DNA of 64,000 nt from the NCBI GenBank assembly GCA_043797125.1, contig JAZDPX010000033.1:34527-98526 (forward strand), read 5' to 3'. Below, in pieces: positions 1 through 10,031 of the stretch (the first letter of the stretch is position 1; the number at the start of each line of letters is the position of its first letter). The DNA comes from Candidatus Omnitrophota bacterium. GTDB taxonomy: Bacteria > Omnitrophota > Gorgyraeia > JABMRG01 > JAFGKX01. A program made the translations under genes and the position numbers. A model generated the notes under the pieces. It did not search any database and had not been told where the DNA came from. It saw nothing but the letters and a program-made list of their open reading frames with translations.

Positions 1-595
1 TTATCACGCCTGCCAGTTCGGTTATTTTAAAATATTGTTCCCAATAATGGTTAGTTGACTTTTTATTTAACAGTTTGCGCAGCCATTTTAATTTTTTTAA
101 TAACATAAGCGGCTGTTTTAGTTTGTGAAATATGGAAAGCCTCGGAACAGTTAATATAAAATATCCTCCGCGCTCAAGCACCCTATACGCCTCTTTAATA
201 GCTTTTTGGGGGCCGGCGCTGAAATGTTCTATCACCCCTAATGACAAATAACAACCGAAAGAACCGCTAAGAAACGGCATATTCGCGACATCGCCGCAGA
301 TAACAGGCGTATGCGGTTTATATGTTAATATTTCCGCGAGGGGAGTAAAATTATAATCTAAACCTATCACATCATAATTTAAATCCCTGAAATAGATAAG
401 ATACGCTCCCAGGCCGCATCCGCCTTCTAAAATCTTTTTACCGGTCGGGAAATATTGCCTGAAAACCTCAACCTTTCTCTGAACGCGCGGGTATTTAAAA
501 ATCTCCATTATCTGCGCAACAGCAATATCCTGCCAATTTTTTTCCCATGCCTTTTTTGTTAAGTTGTCCAGATTCTTATCTTCCGAGGCCCTCAT
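1..595 (-). CDS. Class I SAM-dependent methyltransferase, partial (3' end runs off window start)
   Basis: Manual minus-strand translation from ATG at 595..593 gives MRASEDKNLDNLTKKAWEKNWQDIAVAQIMEIFKYPRVQRKVEVFRQYFPTGKKILEGGCGLG..., with a GxGxG SAM-binding motif. The ATG overlaps the TGA stop of the downstream GT4 (ATGA). It is absent from the ORF track because there is no in-window stop. Confidence 0.5.
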   Translation of the reverse strand, partial: MRASEDKNLDNLTKKAWEKNWQDIAVAQIMEIFKYPRVQRKVEVFRQYFPTGKKILEGGCGLGAYLIYFRDLNYDVIGLDYNFTPLAEILTYKPHTPVICGDVANMPFLSGSFGCYLSLGVIEHFSAGPQKAIKEAYRVLERGGYFILTVPRLSIFHKLKQPLMLLKKLKWLRKLLNKKSTNHYWEQYFKITELAGVI

Positions 596-1677
596 AACCC
601 CTCGTATAGCTGGATAGTGCGGGTAGCTGCTTTTTCCCATGAAAACTGCTGCACTTTTTTATACCCGTTTTTTATCGTTTCGCGCCTTAGGTTTTCATTG
701 GTCAAAACCTCAAAAACGGCGTTGGCCATATTTTTTATATTATCAGGCTCGACTAAAATTGCGGCGTCGGAAGCAACCTCCGGTAAAGATGCCCTGTTTG
801 AGCAAACTACGCTTATGCCGCAGGCAAAAGCCTCTAAGACAGTCAAGCCGAAACCCTCATAAAAAGAAGGGTGCAGCAAACAATCTGCCAGATTATAAAT
901 GCCAAAAAGGTCCTCGCTGGGCACCTCGCCTAAAAAACGCGCGCCTGCTGCTTTCACCATATCCTGGATATGCGCCTCTCTCTTATGCGGCCTGCCAACA
1001 ACCACAAAATCATAAGCCTTTATTTTTTCTTTTAAGCTTAAATATACGTCTATTGCGCCCTGCAGGTTCTTATGATGTTTAAGGCTGCCTACATAGAGTA
1101 TAAATCTATCCGGCAGGTTATATTTTTTCTTTATGCCTGAAAGCTCATTTCTATCGGCTATGTTTTTAAAGCAGGGGTCAGCCGCTTCATAAATAACTTT
1201 GATTTTGTCCGGTTTTGCATGTTTAAAAAAGTGCAGTATGTCTTTTTTAGTATTTTCCGAGACCGCTATTGTTGCTGCAGCCCTTTTTATCGAACGAGAC
1301 ATCATCGCGTTTGCATAAATAACGGCTGCTTTTGACGGCGCCGATTCAGGAAAGATTAAATATATCAAATCATGTACTGTTACTATCAGCTTTCCGGGAT
1401 AGAAATAGGGTATATTAAAATGAGGACAATGCAGGATGTCGAGGTTGTATTTAGAAAAAGGGGCGTTTAGTTGTTCTTGTGCGGAATATATGGGTGCGGT
1501 GTAATTTATCAGTATAACGGTCGATAGCCTATGGTCAAGGGTCGATAGTCTTTGTCTATCGCCGAATAGAACAAACTCGTGCTTGGTGTTTAAGGCGAAC
1601 ATGGCGCTTAGCAGATTTTTAATATACCTGCCAATGCCGGGATGAGTTATCATTCTCGCGTCAAAACCTATACGCAT
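592..1677 (-). CDS. Glycosyltransferase family 4 (GT-B, retaining)
   Basis: 361 aa. C-terminal EGFGLTVLEAFACGISVV (E-x7-E GT4 motif). N-terminus MRIGFDARMITHPGIGRY is typical of GT4. Confidence 0.8.
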   Translation of the reverse strand: MRIGFDARMITHPGIGRYIKNLLSAMFALNTKHEFVLFGDRQRLSTLDHRLSTVILINYTAPIYSAQEQLNAPFSKYNLDILHCPHFNIPYFYPGKLIVTVHDLIYLIFPESAPSKAAVIYANAMMSRSIKRAAATIAVSENTKKDILHFFKHAKPDKIKVIYEAADPCFKNIADRNELSGIKKKYNLPDRFILYVGSLKHHKNLQGAIDVYLSLKEKIKAYDFVVVGRPHKREAHIQDMVKAAGARFLGEVPSEDLFGIYNLADCLLHPSFYEGFGLTVLEAFACGISVVCSNRASLPEVASDAAILVEPDNIKNMANAVFEVLTNENLRRETIKNGYKKVQQFSWEKAATRTIQLYEGL

Positions 1678-2855
1678 AACTTCTTTATTGCCTCCATTAC
1701 ATCGTCAACAGTAATTAGATCCATGCAAATATTATTGGGGCATTTTATTTTTTCACATCCTTTGCATGGAATATCTTTTTGAATAACGGTAACTTTTTTG
1801 CCCCGCGGCGCCCATTGCCTGGGGTCATTTGTGCCGCTGTAAAGTATTACGCAAGGGGTACCTACCGAAGATGCTATATGACTTGGCCCGGAATCTACGC
1901 CAACAAAAAGATTTGCCCTTTTAAACAACGCGGCCAATGCGCTAAGCGAGGTTTTGCCTGTGGCATCTATCAAAGAGGCGGACGGGGCAGCCTTCAGGGC
2001 AGCGGACAGCGTCTTTTCCTCTTTTAGGCCAACCATGACAATTTTTGCGTTAAACTGCTCTATTAATTTGATTATAAGGCGAGACCATCTTTGAGGAAGC
2101 CATTTCTTTGAAAGAAAACCCGGGCTCGGATGTATGCATATTACAAAATCATTATCCTGCAATTGATTCTTCGCGTAAAAATCTAGAGCAAATTTTTTAT
2201 CCGCATCCGATATAGAAAATTCTGTTTCGCAGCTGGCGGCGCTGATTCCGATGGCGCCCAAGATATCGAGGTTGCGCTCTATCTGATGTTTACGCGGATT
2301 ATAACCTATTTCCTTGTTCAGAAGAAAACCGCCTCCTGTTATGCCATAGCCTACCCTATACTTTATTCCTGCCAGCCACATTAATAATATGTGCCGCAGG
2401 TCGCCTCTTGGGTCTATTCCTATATCAAAACCTTCCTTTTGCATCTGGGATACGAGCTTAAAAAACTCCTTCAGCTTTACAATCTTTTTTCTCGACCTAA
2501 ACCAGGGCGCGTTATATTTTAAGATTTCATCCACGAAAGGATTACTTGTTACAAGGTCGCTTGCTGCTGCTGATACAAGGACCGCGAGTTTAGAATCAGG
2601 GTATTTTTGTTTGATAGCCCTAAAGATCGGAGTTGTCAAAACAACATCACCTATATGGTCAAGCCTGATGACTAAAATCTTTTTTATTATTTTAGGCCTA
2701 CTGCCCCTAAGCAATCGAAACGGTATGCTAATCACCGTGCCGATTAAATCGAACAAAAAGACAACCGCCTTATAGAGTCTGTTTTTTAGTACGTACATTT
2801 TAAGTGTTAAGTGTAAAGTTATATATCTGAAAATCTTAGCTTGAGCAAGGTCCAA
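1668..2855 (-). CDS. Glycosyltransferase family 9 (ADP-heptose:LPS heptosyltransferase-like)
   Basis: KKILVIRLDHIGDVVLTTPIFRAIKQKYPDSKLAVLV matches the RfaF/RfaC/RfaQ N-terminal signature. The true start may be an internal Met (M20, about 2798). Confidence 0.7.
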   Translation of the reverse strand: MDLAQAKIFRYITLHLTLKMYVLKNRLYKAVVFLFDLIGTVISIPFRLLRGSRPKIIKKILVIRLDHIGDVVLTTPIFRAIKQKYPDSKLAVLVSAAASDLVTSNPFVDEILKYNAPWFRSRKKIVKLKEFFKLVSQMQKEGFDIGIDPRGDLRHILLMWLAGIKYRVGYGITGGGFLLNKEIGYNPRKHQIERNLDILGAIGISAASCETEFSISDADKKFALDFYAKNQLQDNDFVICIHPSPGFLSKKWLPQRWSRLIIKLIEQFNAKIVMVGLKEEKTLSAALKAAPSASLIDATGKTSLSALAALFKRANLFVGVDSGPSHIASSVGTPCVILYSGTNDPRQWAPRGKKVTVIQKDIPCKGCEKIKCPNNICMDLITVDDVMEAIKKLCV

Positions 2856-3508
2856 GCCGCTGTAATTCCATCGGTCCAGGTTATTTTTTTGCCCTGCCCA
2901 TAAGACCTGCCGCTGTAGAAAATCGGCACTTCAAATATCTTGTACCTCTTTTTTAGAAGTTTTACGGTAATTTCCGGTTCTATTTCAAATTTTTCCGATT
3001 TTAAGCTTAGGCCTCTAAGCACTCCTGTCTTGACCAATTTGTAGCAGGTCTCCATATCGGTCAGGCTGGCCTTAAACAACATATTTGTCAAAACAGTCAG
3101 GAATTTATTTACAGCAAAATGGAAGAAAGAAGTTACCATCCATGTTTTAAGGAATCTCGAACCGTAAACAACATCTGCATTGTTTTCTTGAACGCAGTCC
3201 AAAAGCTTTATGTAATCCATGGGGTCATATTCCAAATCCGCATCCTGTATTATTGAATACTCGCCGCAAGCATACCCCAAGGCAGTCCTGACTGCTGCGC
3301 CCTTGCCCATATTTTTATCGTGGTAAAAAACTCTTACATTATCTTTACCGTTTCCGTATCTATCCGTAAGCAGCTGCCTTGTGCCCTCGGTCGAGCAGTC
3401 ATCAACCAGTAAAACCTCCTTATCAACCGGCACATCCTGAATTCTTTTTAGAATGGCTTCTATTGTATTGACCTCGTTATATACAGGCATAAGAACAGAT
3501 AGTTTCAT
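2819..3508 (-). CDS. Glycosyltransferase family 2 (DPM1-like, soluble)
   Basis: LSVLMPVYNE...LLVDDCSTEGT...IIQDADLEYDP contains the GT2 DXD and acceptor motifs. Confidence 0.7.
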   Translation of the reverse strand: MKLSVLMPVYNEVNTIEAILKRIQDVPVDKEVLLVDDCSTEGTRQLLTDRYGNGKDNVRVFYHDKNMGKGAAVRTALGYACGEYSIIQDADLEYDPMDYIKLLDCVQENNADVVYGSRFLKTWMVTSFFHFAVNKFLTVLTNMLFKASLTDMETCYKLVKTGVLRGLSLKSEKFEIEPEITVKLLKKRYKIFEVPIFYSGRSYGQGKKITWTDGITAAWTLLKLRFSDI

Positions 3509-3511
3509 CGT

Positions 3512-4588
3512 TTATTTTTTGTTATTTAAAAGCTTATTATAGACATCCAGATTTTTCTCTGCAGCTTGTTCCCACAAAAAATTCTTTTTAATATGCTCTC
3601 TAAGTTGTGGTCCTTTTTGCTTGTAAAATGCCTTCTCTGTCGCCTTTCTTATATCCTTCGTATCGGATGGGTTAAAATATTCCGCGAAGTCCTTAAAATA
3701 TTCTTTTGTGCAGCCTTTATCGGTAGTCGCAACATTGGCGCCGGCTAAGCCTGCTTCCAGCGCCGCTAAGCCCGGAGTCTCAAACCACCCCTGGGATACA
3801 AAACACCTGCAAGCCGAATACGCGGACTTAAGCAGCAAATCATTATGTTCGATTCTGTCTACAAATAAAACATTCTTATCTGCCAGGGCTTTGCACTCAT
3901 TGTAATAACTTATATAATCTGAAACCGGATTGCCTATGATTACGATTTGCTGTTTAAAACCTTTCATGGCCTTGATAAAATTCAACTGGTTTTTTCTCGG
4001 CTCTATCCTTCCCACGGACAGGATAAAATCTTTTGTTTTATATTTTGCGATAAAGGCTTCCGCGCTTGTATTTTCAAAACCACTGTCAACACAATTGGGT
4101 ATTACATGCATCTTATTCTTATCTATTTTAAAAAGCCTCACCAGCTGCCCGAGTTCAGCTTCTGAATTGGGTATGACCGCGTCCGCCAAAAGCAGCATGG
4201 CTCTTCTGTCCGAAGGAAAATAAGGAAATATCACCTTTGTTAAATGATGTATCGACACCTTTAACTTTTTCTTAAACGCGCCATGCTCATGCAAAGCCCT
4301 TTGGAGCGTTGAGAAAAATACCGGAGTAAGCACAACCGAAACACCTTTATTTTTAGCTGTCTGCATAAGGCCTAAACAATCCTTAACAGCTCCGAATATG
4401 TGAAGTATATCAAAGTTTTCAAGAGTGTCGTTCCATATATCAAAAAGCCTGACATAAACGCCCAATTTTTCCAAATATTCTTTTGTCTTAAGCAGCAGTA
4501 TCTCTCCGCCTCCTAAGTTCTGAAAAGCGGACGGGTATACAAAAAAGGCTACTCTAATCTTATTTGGCATAAATAAATCTGCTCCCAA
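3512..4588 (-). CDS. Glycosyltransferase family 4
   Basis: 358 aa with ETPGLAALEAGLAGANVATTDKG E-x7-E motif and a GT-B architecture. Confidence 0.75.
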   Translation of the reverse strand: MGADLFMPNKIRVAFFVYPSAFQNLGGGEILLLKTKEYLEKLGVYVRLFDIWNDTLENFDILHIFGAVKDCLGLMQTAKNKGVSVVLTPVFFSTLQRALHEHGAFKKKLKVSIHHLTKVIFPYFPSDRRAMLLLADAVIPNSEAELGQLVRLFKIDKNKMHVIPNCVDSGFENTSAEAFIAKYKTKDFILSVGRIEPRKNQLNFIKAMKGFKQQIVIIGNPVSDYISYYNECKALADKNVLFVDRIEHNDLLLKSAYSACRCFVSQGWFETPGLAALEAGLAGANVATTDKGCTKEYFKDFAEYFNPSDTKDIRKATEKAFYKQKGPQLREHIKKNFLWEQAAEKNLDVYNKLLNNKK

Positions 4589-4607
4589 TCACAATTGTAG
4601 GGCAGGC

Positions 4608-5753
4608 TTAAGCCTGCCCTACAATGTTATAATTATCTAACAATATCTTTAACATCTTCTCAGATGCCCTGCCATTACCAAAAGGATTAGTCCAGCCTCT
4701 TTTTTTGTCAAACATTTTTATTGATGCCTTCAATATGCCGCTTTCTGTTGCACCTGCGACTATATTAGCGCCAACCTTTACTGTCTCGGGCCGTTCCGTA
4801 TTATCCCTTAGAGTAACGCATGGTATGTTCAATATACAGGCCTCTTCCTGCACTCCGCCTGAGTCCGTAAGCGCCATAGCGGCTTTTGATTCGAGATATA
4901 GAAATGACAAAAAATCAACCGGCTCTATGATCCTGATGTTATCCTTAACGGATATATTAAACTTTTTCATCTTTGCCATGGTCCTGGGGTGCGCCGGGAA
5001 AATAACCGGCATTTTTAATTTTTCGGCTGTTGCCTCAACGCCTTTTAAAATAGATACAAATCTTGGTTTTAAATCCACGTTCTCTTGCCTGTGCAATGTA
5101 AGCAATATATATCCTGACTCTGCTATGGCCAACGTTTTTAATATGCCTTTTCTTTGCCGGGCCAATTCCAGGTTTTGTTTTATCGCGTCTACGATAGTAT
5201 TTCCTGTTATAAAGATATTAGCCGGAGGCACACCTTCTTTTAACACTATATCTTTCTGAAGGCGCGTCGGTACGAATAAAAAGTCCGAAACATGGTCTAC
5301 CAAAAATCTGTTTATTTCCTCCGGCATTGACCTGTCGTAACTTCTAAGGCCTGCTTCGACATGGGCTACTTTTATTTCAAAATCCGTATAAGCCTTAGTT
5401 GTTGATATCTTCTCAGCGGTAAGAGCGCCTGCAAGCGCCGTATTTGTGTCGCCGTGGACTATTACATAATACGGCATATCCTTAAGAAGTATTCTCTCTA
5501 TTTCTATCAGCATTCTTCCTGTGTGTTCACCTTGCATAAAAGGTGCTTTTGATTTAATGCCCAGTGTATAATCGGGCTCTGGCAGTTTAAGGGCCTTAAA
5601 AAATATCTTATCCATGTTGTAGGAATAGTGCTGCCCGGAATGAATTATCTTGAATGGTATGTTTTTCCTCTGGCATAGTTTTATCACGGGAGCAAGCTTA
5701 ATTATCTCGGGCCTGGTTCCAAGTATAAATGTAATAAAAGTTTTTTTCTTCAT
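4608..5753 (-). CDS. UDP-N-acetylglucosamine 2-epimerase (WecB/NeuC family)
   Basis: ILGTRPEIIKLAPVI, HSGQHY and HVEAGLRS are diagnostic of the UDP-GlcNAc 2-epimerase family. Hydrolysing versus non-hydrolysing activity cannot be decided from sequence. Confidence 0.85.
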   Translation of the reverse strand: MKKKTFITFILGTRPEIIKLAPVIKLCQRKNIPFKIIHSGQHYSYNMDKIFFKALKLPEPDYTLGIKSKAPFMQGEHTGRMLIEIERILLKDMPYYVIVHGDTNTALAGALTAEKISTTKAYTDFEIKVAHVEAGLRSYDRSMPEEINRFLVDHVSDFLFVPTRLQKDIVLKEGVPPANIFITGNTIVDAIKQNLELARQRKGILKTLAIAESGYILLTLHRQENVDLKPRFVSILKGVEATAEKLKMPVIFPAHPRTMAKMKKFNISVKDNIRIIEPVDFLSFLYLESKAAMALTDSGGVQEEACILNIPCVTLRDNTERPETVKVGANIVAGATESGILKASIKMFDKKRGWTNPFGNGRASEKMLKILLDNYNIVGQA

Positions 5754-6898
5754 CAGACTAAATACTCCAATACAATATTTTTATCTGTTTTGCCAGTTGC
5801 AAGGTATAATGCCTGCAAGGCAAACATACTGCACCAGGTGTTTGCGTGCTTCTTATAAGAACCGTCGCTGTCAAAGCCAAAGAAAAATGCGCCGTTTTGC
5901 CCGGGGCCTATATTCTGAAATTCCAATAATCTTGCAAGCAATTTATCCTTATCAAAGCCTGAAACGCAATCTTTATTATTTAAATAATAAAGCCTTAAGG
6001 CCTGGGCTTGAATATCGGCCCTTTGGTGGCTTATCCTATTTTCGCTGCCCTTAATAACGCTTGTCGGGATACCGCCGTCGTGCTCCTGAAGACCAAGAAC
6101 CCAATTAAATGCCTCTTCAAAACAGCTATTATACTTGGCGTCCTTTGTTTTGTGGGTATAGTAGGCCATGCCTTCTAATGTGTAACAAAGGGGGTGAAAA
6201 TGGCTGCTTTCATCAAATGTATTAGTGATAAATCTTGCGTCTTTGTAGCAAGTTTTTATGGAGGCGCTGATTAGATCTTTTGCTATTTTTTTGTAATATT
6301 CGTCTTGCTCGATATCCGCCAATTCACACAAACAAAGCGAAACCTTGCATAAGAAACTCCCTTTTTGTGTAGACCATTTCTTGTCATCTTCATAAACTTT
6401 ATCATTTTTGCCGTCAAAAATAGGATAAAAAAGTTTATTTTCACCCAGCATATTATCTATTAAAAAATTTACTATGTTTTTGGCGGCCTGATAATATTTT
6501 TTGTCTTTCGCAGCCTTATAAAGTTTCAGTAAACCAAAAGCCACCATTGCGCTGTCAAAGGCATATATGTTGGCGCTTTCGAATGAATAATGGCTTACCG
6601 GATATTTGACGTAATCCCTGGTTAAAACGCCGCCGTTCGGGTGCATTGCCTTTTCTATTATCCACTGGGCAGCTATTTTCGCCTTTGATAAATAAAGCGC
6701 TTCCTTTTTAAGTTCGTGCAAGAAACACATCGTGGTAATAGCGTAGCCGGTTATCTCCGGATAAAGGTACGAATAAGTTTTATCTTCTGCGTCGGCCCAG
6801 GCGTAAAAACCGCCGCTTTCCGATTGAATACCTGAGTAAAGCAACCAATCAGTCACATATTGGATTCTCTCTTCTATCTTTATCGCAACCTGCTTCAT
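5753..6898 (-). CDS. Hypothetical protein, possibly (alpha/alpha)6-barrel (AGE/glycoside-hydrolase-like fold)
   Basis: 381 aa, soluble, no clear catalytic motif recognised. Translationally abutted to the 2-epimerase gene (the stop lies next to the WecB start at 5753). Confidence 0.3.
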   Translation of the reverse strand: MKQVAIKIEERIQYVTDWLLYSGIQSESGGFYAWADAEDKTYSYLYPEITGYAITTMCFLHELKKEALYLSKAKIAAQWIIEKAMHPNGGVLTRDYVKYPVSHYSFESANIYAFDSAMVAFGLLKLYKAAKDKKYYQAAKNIVNFLIDNMLGENKLFYPIFDGKNDKVYEDDKKWSTQKGSFLCKVSLCLCELADIEQDEYYKKIAKDLISASIKTCYKDARFITNTFDESSHFHPLCYTLEGMAYYTHKTKDAKYNSCFEEAFNWVLGLQEHDGGIPTSVIKGSENRISHQRADIQAQALRLYYLNNKDCVSGFDKDKLLARLLEFQNIGPGQNGAFFFGFDSDGSYKKHANTWCSMFALQALYLATGKTDKNIVLEYLV

Positions 6899-7428
6899 TT
6901 GCGCGGCTTTTCCCGGCTTTGCCCGGCCTTGTTTACATAGCCCTTTAATCTTGCCGGATTTCCAATTACAAGAGCGTAATCAGGCACATCTTTGGTGACA
7001 ACGGCGCCTGCTGCAACCATTGCATACCTTCCGATATTTACATCCGCAAGTATAACCGCCCCGGCGCCAATCGAAGCGCCTTTTTTCACAGCCCACTTTG
7101 GTTTGGTTATGTTGCGTATCTTATTATTTCGAGGATTTTTGTCATTTGTAAAACATACCAAAGGCCCTATAAAACAATCGTCTTCTATCCTTACGCCCCT
7201 ATAAACAAGGGCCTTGTTGTGAATCTTTACATTATTGCCTATGGAAACATTCCTGTCGATAAAGGCGCCGTTGCCTATCATACAGTTTTCTCCGATTGAG
7301 GCGCCGCGCATAACCTGGGCGAAATTCCATATGACAGTGCCCTTGCCAATCCTTGCGGTTTTATCAACAATGGCAGTATTTGAAATCTTGATATCTTTAT
7401 TGGCTATTGCAGATTTTTTCTTGCCCAT
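6895..7428 (-). CDS. Hexapeptide-repeat (left-handed beta-helix) sugar N-acetyltransferase
   Basis: Repeated [LIV]G-x4 hexapeptides ([27 protein letters not shown]). Size and pattern resemble WbbJ/PglD/QdtC-type amino-sugar N-acetyltransferases. Confidence 0.7.
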   Translation of the reverse strand: MGKKKSAIANKDIKISNTAIVDKTARIGKGTVIWNFAQVMRGASIGENCMIGNGAFIDRNVSIGNNVKIHNKALVYRGVRIEDDCFIGPLVCFTNDKNPRNNKIRNITKPKWAVKKGASIGAGAVILADVNIGRYAMVAAGAVVTKDVPDYALVIGNPARLKGYVNKAGQSREKPRK

Positions 7429-8372
7429 TCTATATTCCTCCTTAAGCCTTCATCTATAAATATCTTCGGCTTCCATCCGAACAACTTCTTTGCCAGCGAA
7501 TAATTACACAAAAGCTTGGGTACCTGCGCTTTCCTTTCAGCCGTATGAACAATCTTTGAACCTGAACCTGAAATTTCTTTTATCTTTTCTGCGATATAGT
7601 TTATGGTTATAGCCTTGCCTGTTCCAAAATTCACGGCCTTTCCAACAGCGTCTTTGTGGCTGCCCATAATCATAAAGGCGTCTATCATATCATCCACATA
7701 GGTGAAATCCCGCGATTGTTCGCCTGTTCCATGAACAGTAAGTGTTTGGCCCTTTAGGGCTAATTCTATAAATTTCGGTATGACATCATAGGTGTGCCTG
7801 GGGCCGTAGGTGTTAAACGGCCTGATGATAGCAACCGGAAGCCTGTAGGTGCTATAATATGAATAGCAGCACCTGTCTGCCGCAACCTTGCTTGCGGCGT
7901 ATGGAGAAGAAGGATAAAGCGGGTGCTGCTCGTCTATAGAGCCGCCGAGAGTCATGCCGTATATCTCGCTGCTGGACGTGCACACTATCCTCTTGACGCC
8001 TTTGGATTCCTTGACAACATGCAGCATGTTAAACGTGCCGGTCACATTTGTTGCCATGACTTCAAAAGGATGGGTAAAAGAATTAGGCACATATGCATCC
8101 GCAGCCAGATGAAATATAATCTGCGGTTTGTTTTTCCTGGCAAGTTCTATTGAATCAGGGCTTGCTATATCGCCTGTAATAATCTCTGTAAAACTTTTCT
8201 CCAGGTGCTTTGTGTTTTTCAGCTTGTACTGCGTAGTCCCTATGGTGGAGTTACCCCTGACATACGCCGAGACTTTAGCGCCTTCAGCCAAAAGCCTTTC
8301 AGCAAGATGCGAACCCATAAAACCGTCGGCGCCTGTTAATAAAACGCGTTTATTTTTCCAGTATCCTCCCAT
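7404..8372 (-). CDS. NAD-dependent sugar epimerase/dehydratase (extended SDR)
   Basis: [14 protein letters not shown] Rossmann motif and [10 protein letters not shown] catalytic YxxxK. The ORF-track start is 8426. The start is refined to M19 (ATG 8372..8370), which is preceded by a GGAGG RBS. Confidence 0.75.
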   Translation of the reverse strand: MGGYWKNKRVLLTGADGFMGSHLAERLLAEGAKVSAYVRGNSTIGTTQYKLKNTKHLEKSFTEIITGDIASPDSIELARKNKPQIIFHLAADAYVPNSFTHPFEVMATNVTGTFNMLHVVKESKGVKRIVCTSSSEIYGMTLGGSIDEQHPLYPSSPYAASKVAADRCCYSYYSTYRLPVAIIRPFNTYGPRHTYDVIPKFIELALKGQTLTVHGTGEQSRDFTYVDDMIDAFMIMGSHKDAVGKAVNFGTGKAITINYIAEKIKEISGSGSKIVHTAERKAQVPKLLCNYSLAKKLFGWKPKIFIDEGLRRNIEWARKNLQ

Positions 8373-8383
8373 ATCCGTGCCTC

Positions 8384-8434
8384 CAAAATTTGCATAGCAA
8401 ATTTTGTCCCGAACGATGCGAAGCATCGGAGGGA
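8384..8434 (-). promoter_or_regulatory. 23-bp perfect palindrome (10-bp arms, 3-nt spacer) adjacent to a GC-rich stem-loop, between the methyltransferase stop and the epimerase RBS
   Basis: Palindrome caaaatttgc-ata-gcaaattttg at 8384..8406. Hairpin tccc-gaa-cgatgc-gaa-gcatcg-gag-ggga at 8407..8434. It lies about 12 nt upstream of the epimerase ATG (8372) and 15 nt downstream of the 8449 stop. Confidence 0.4.
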
Positions 8435-8448
8435 CTATTTGCTTGCCG

Positions 8449-9063
8449 TCATTTAACCGCCTCTATGCTTATGCGCCTGAAACAGTTGTTAAAATAGCGT
8501 CTTTTTATTTTAAAAGCGGCCCTTTTTAGAAAACCGCACAACTTTGCCCTTGTTCTAACGCCAACATGTTCTTTTCTTAAAACCGGCCTAAAGGGCCTTG
8601 CCAGCTCATAGGGATGCAAAAGGTTTGGTGTGTATATAAAAAATGAGCCGTCCTTTTTAAGCACCCTGTATGACTCTTTGCATAATAAAAAAAATATTTC
8701 GTCGGTTAAATGCTCTGTAATATCAATGGCCAGGATCTTATCAAACACAGAATCCGCAAACGGCATAGATGAACAGTCTGCGTTTAAGGGAAATAAGTTT
8801 TTTATATTGCCCATTTCGCTGACAGCCCTTTTTGCCCTTTGCAGGTTATCAAACGCTATATCAATCGCAAAAACACTGTTTTGCCTAGTGGCTATACTGG
8901 TAAACTTTCCCGTAGCAACGCCTATCTCCATTATTTTTTCGTTGCTCGATAGATTTATAAGCCCGAGAACATTTTGTACCTGGCGCCTTATCCTGGGGGA
9001 ACCCATAACTTTGAAGTCGCTTAAAACCTTCTCGTACATAACCGCTATGTCTGCCAAATTCAC
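8449..9063 (-). CDS. Class I SAM-dependent methyltransferase
   Basis: IMEIGVATGKFTS glycine-rich SAM motif; 204 aa. Confidence 0.6.
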   Translation of the reverse strand: MNLADIAVMYEKVLSDFKVMGSPRIRRQVQNVLGLINLSSNEKIMEIGVATGKFTSIATRQNSVFAIDIAFDNLQRAKRAVSEMGNIKNLFPLNADCSSMPFADSVFDKILAIDITEHLTDEIFFLLCKESYRVLKKDGSFFIYTPNLLHPYELARPFRPVLRKEHVGVRTRAKLCGFLKRAAFKIKRRYFNNCFRRISIEAVK

Positions 9064-9077
9064 CTCGCGCGCCGTCT

Positions 9078-10028
9078 TTAAAAAAACCCGGCTGCTTTGC
9101 CTGTAAACAGATTAAACACCACGTTGTCCGGGATTAAGAAAAATGCCTTTGCCTTTCTTCTTCTGTCCAATATGCGCGGCAGCAAAAGAAGCGCCCTTAA
9201 AAACCCTTGTATGATCTCGAACTTAAACGTCAATACAGCGTATAAAAAACGCGGTATCAAAAACAAAAAATGCTTAAACAGTAAAACAGGGCTCGTAATA
9301 TTTTTCCATGTAAAAATATATACGTTTCTGTGGCTTAATGACAGAAGTTCTCTTTTATCAAAAGCCTTATTAAAACTAATCGTCTCCTTATGAAAAATTA
9401 CGCTCTTTGGCTGGTAATAACATTTGTAGCCTTTCTTCCATGCGCGAAAGCATAGATCCGACTCTTCTATTCTTCCTGGCGAGTATATATCGTCAAAACC
9501 GCCGAGCTCCAGAAATTTACGCCTGTTATATGCCGCCATACCCGATTGAAAAGTGTAACATGGCTCATCTTGCTGCGTCTCGCCAAGCTTGTGCGCGGAT
9601 AATGCCCGGAATACCCCCAGCTTAAACTGCGGCTTAAACCATATGCATTCCAGTTCTTTGCTGTTAAACTTGTAGAACTTCGGGCTCACCATAAATGCCT
9701 GCGGATTTTTAATAAATGTCTCTACTACCGGGTCTACAAAATTTTTATCGGCTTTTATGTCATTGTTTAAAAAAAATAAAATATCCGCGTCAGATTCGCC
9801 GGCAATGTCATTGAAGGAGAACAGCACCCTGTTCTCCTTCATTTCCCTGAAAAAAGCCCCGGGAAAATTATCTCTGACAAATTCCCGGCTTCCATCAGAG
9901 CTTTTATTATCAACGACAAATACTTTTGGCTTATAAATGCTCTTTTGCGAAGCCTCGCAAAGCGACAAAAGACATTCGGATAAAAGCTCTTTGCCATTAT
10001 AGTTTAAGGTGTATAATTCCACTTTCAT
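9078..10028 (-). CDS. Glycosyltransferase family 2
   Basis: LYTLNYNGKELLSECL...VFVVDNKSSDGS N-terminal GT-A motif and downstream DD...ESDLCFR. Confidence 0.6.
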   Translation of the reverse strand: MKVELYTLNYNGKELLSECLLSLCEASQKSIYKPKVFVVDNKSSDGSREFVRDNFPGAFFREMKENRVLFSFNDIAGESDADILFFLNNDIKADKNFVDPVVETFIKNPQAFMVSPKFYKFNSKELECIWFKPQFKLGVFRALSAHKLGETQQDEPCYTFQSGMAAYNRRKFLELGGFDDIYSPGRIEESDLCFRAWKKGYKCYYQPKSVIFHKETISFNKAFDKRELLSLSHRNVYIFTWKNITSPVLLFKHFLFLIPRFLYAVLTFKFEIIQGFLRALLLLPRILDRRRKAKAFFLIPDNVVFNLFTGKAAGFF

Positions 10029-10031
10029 CGC

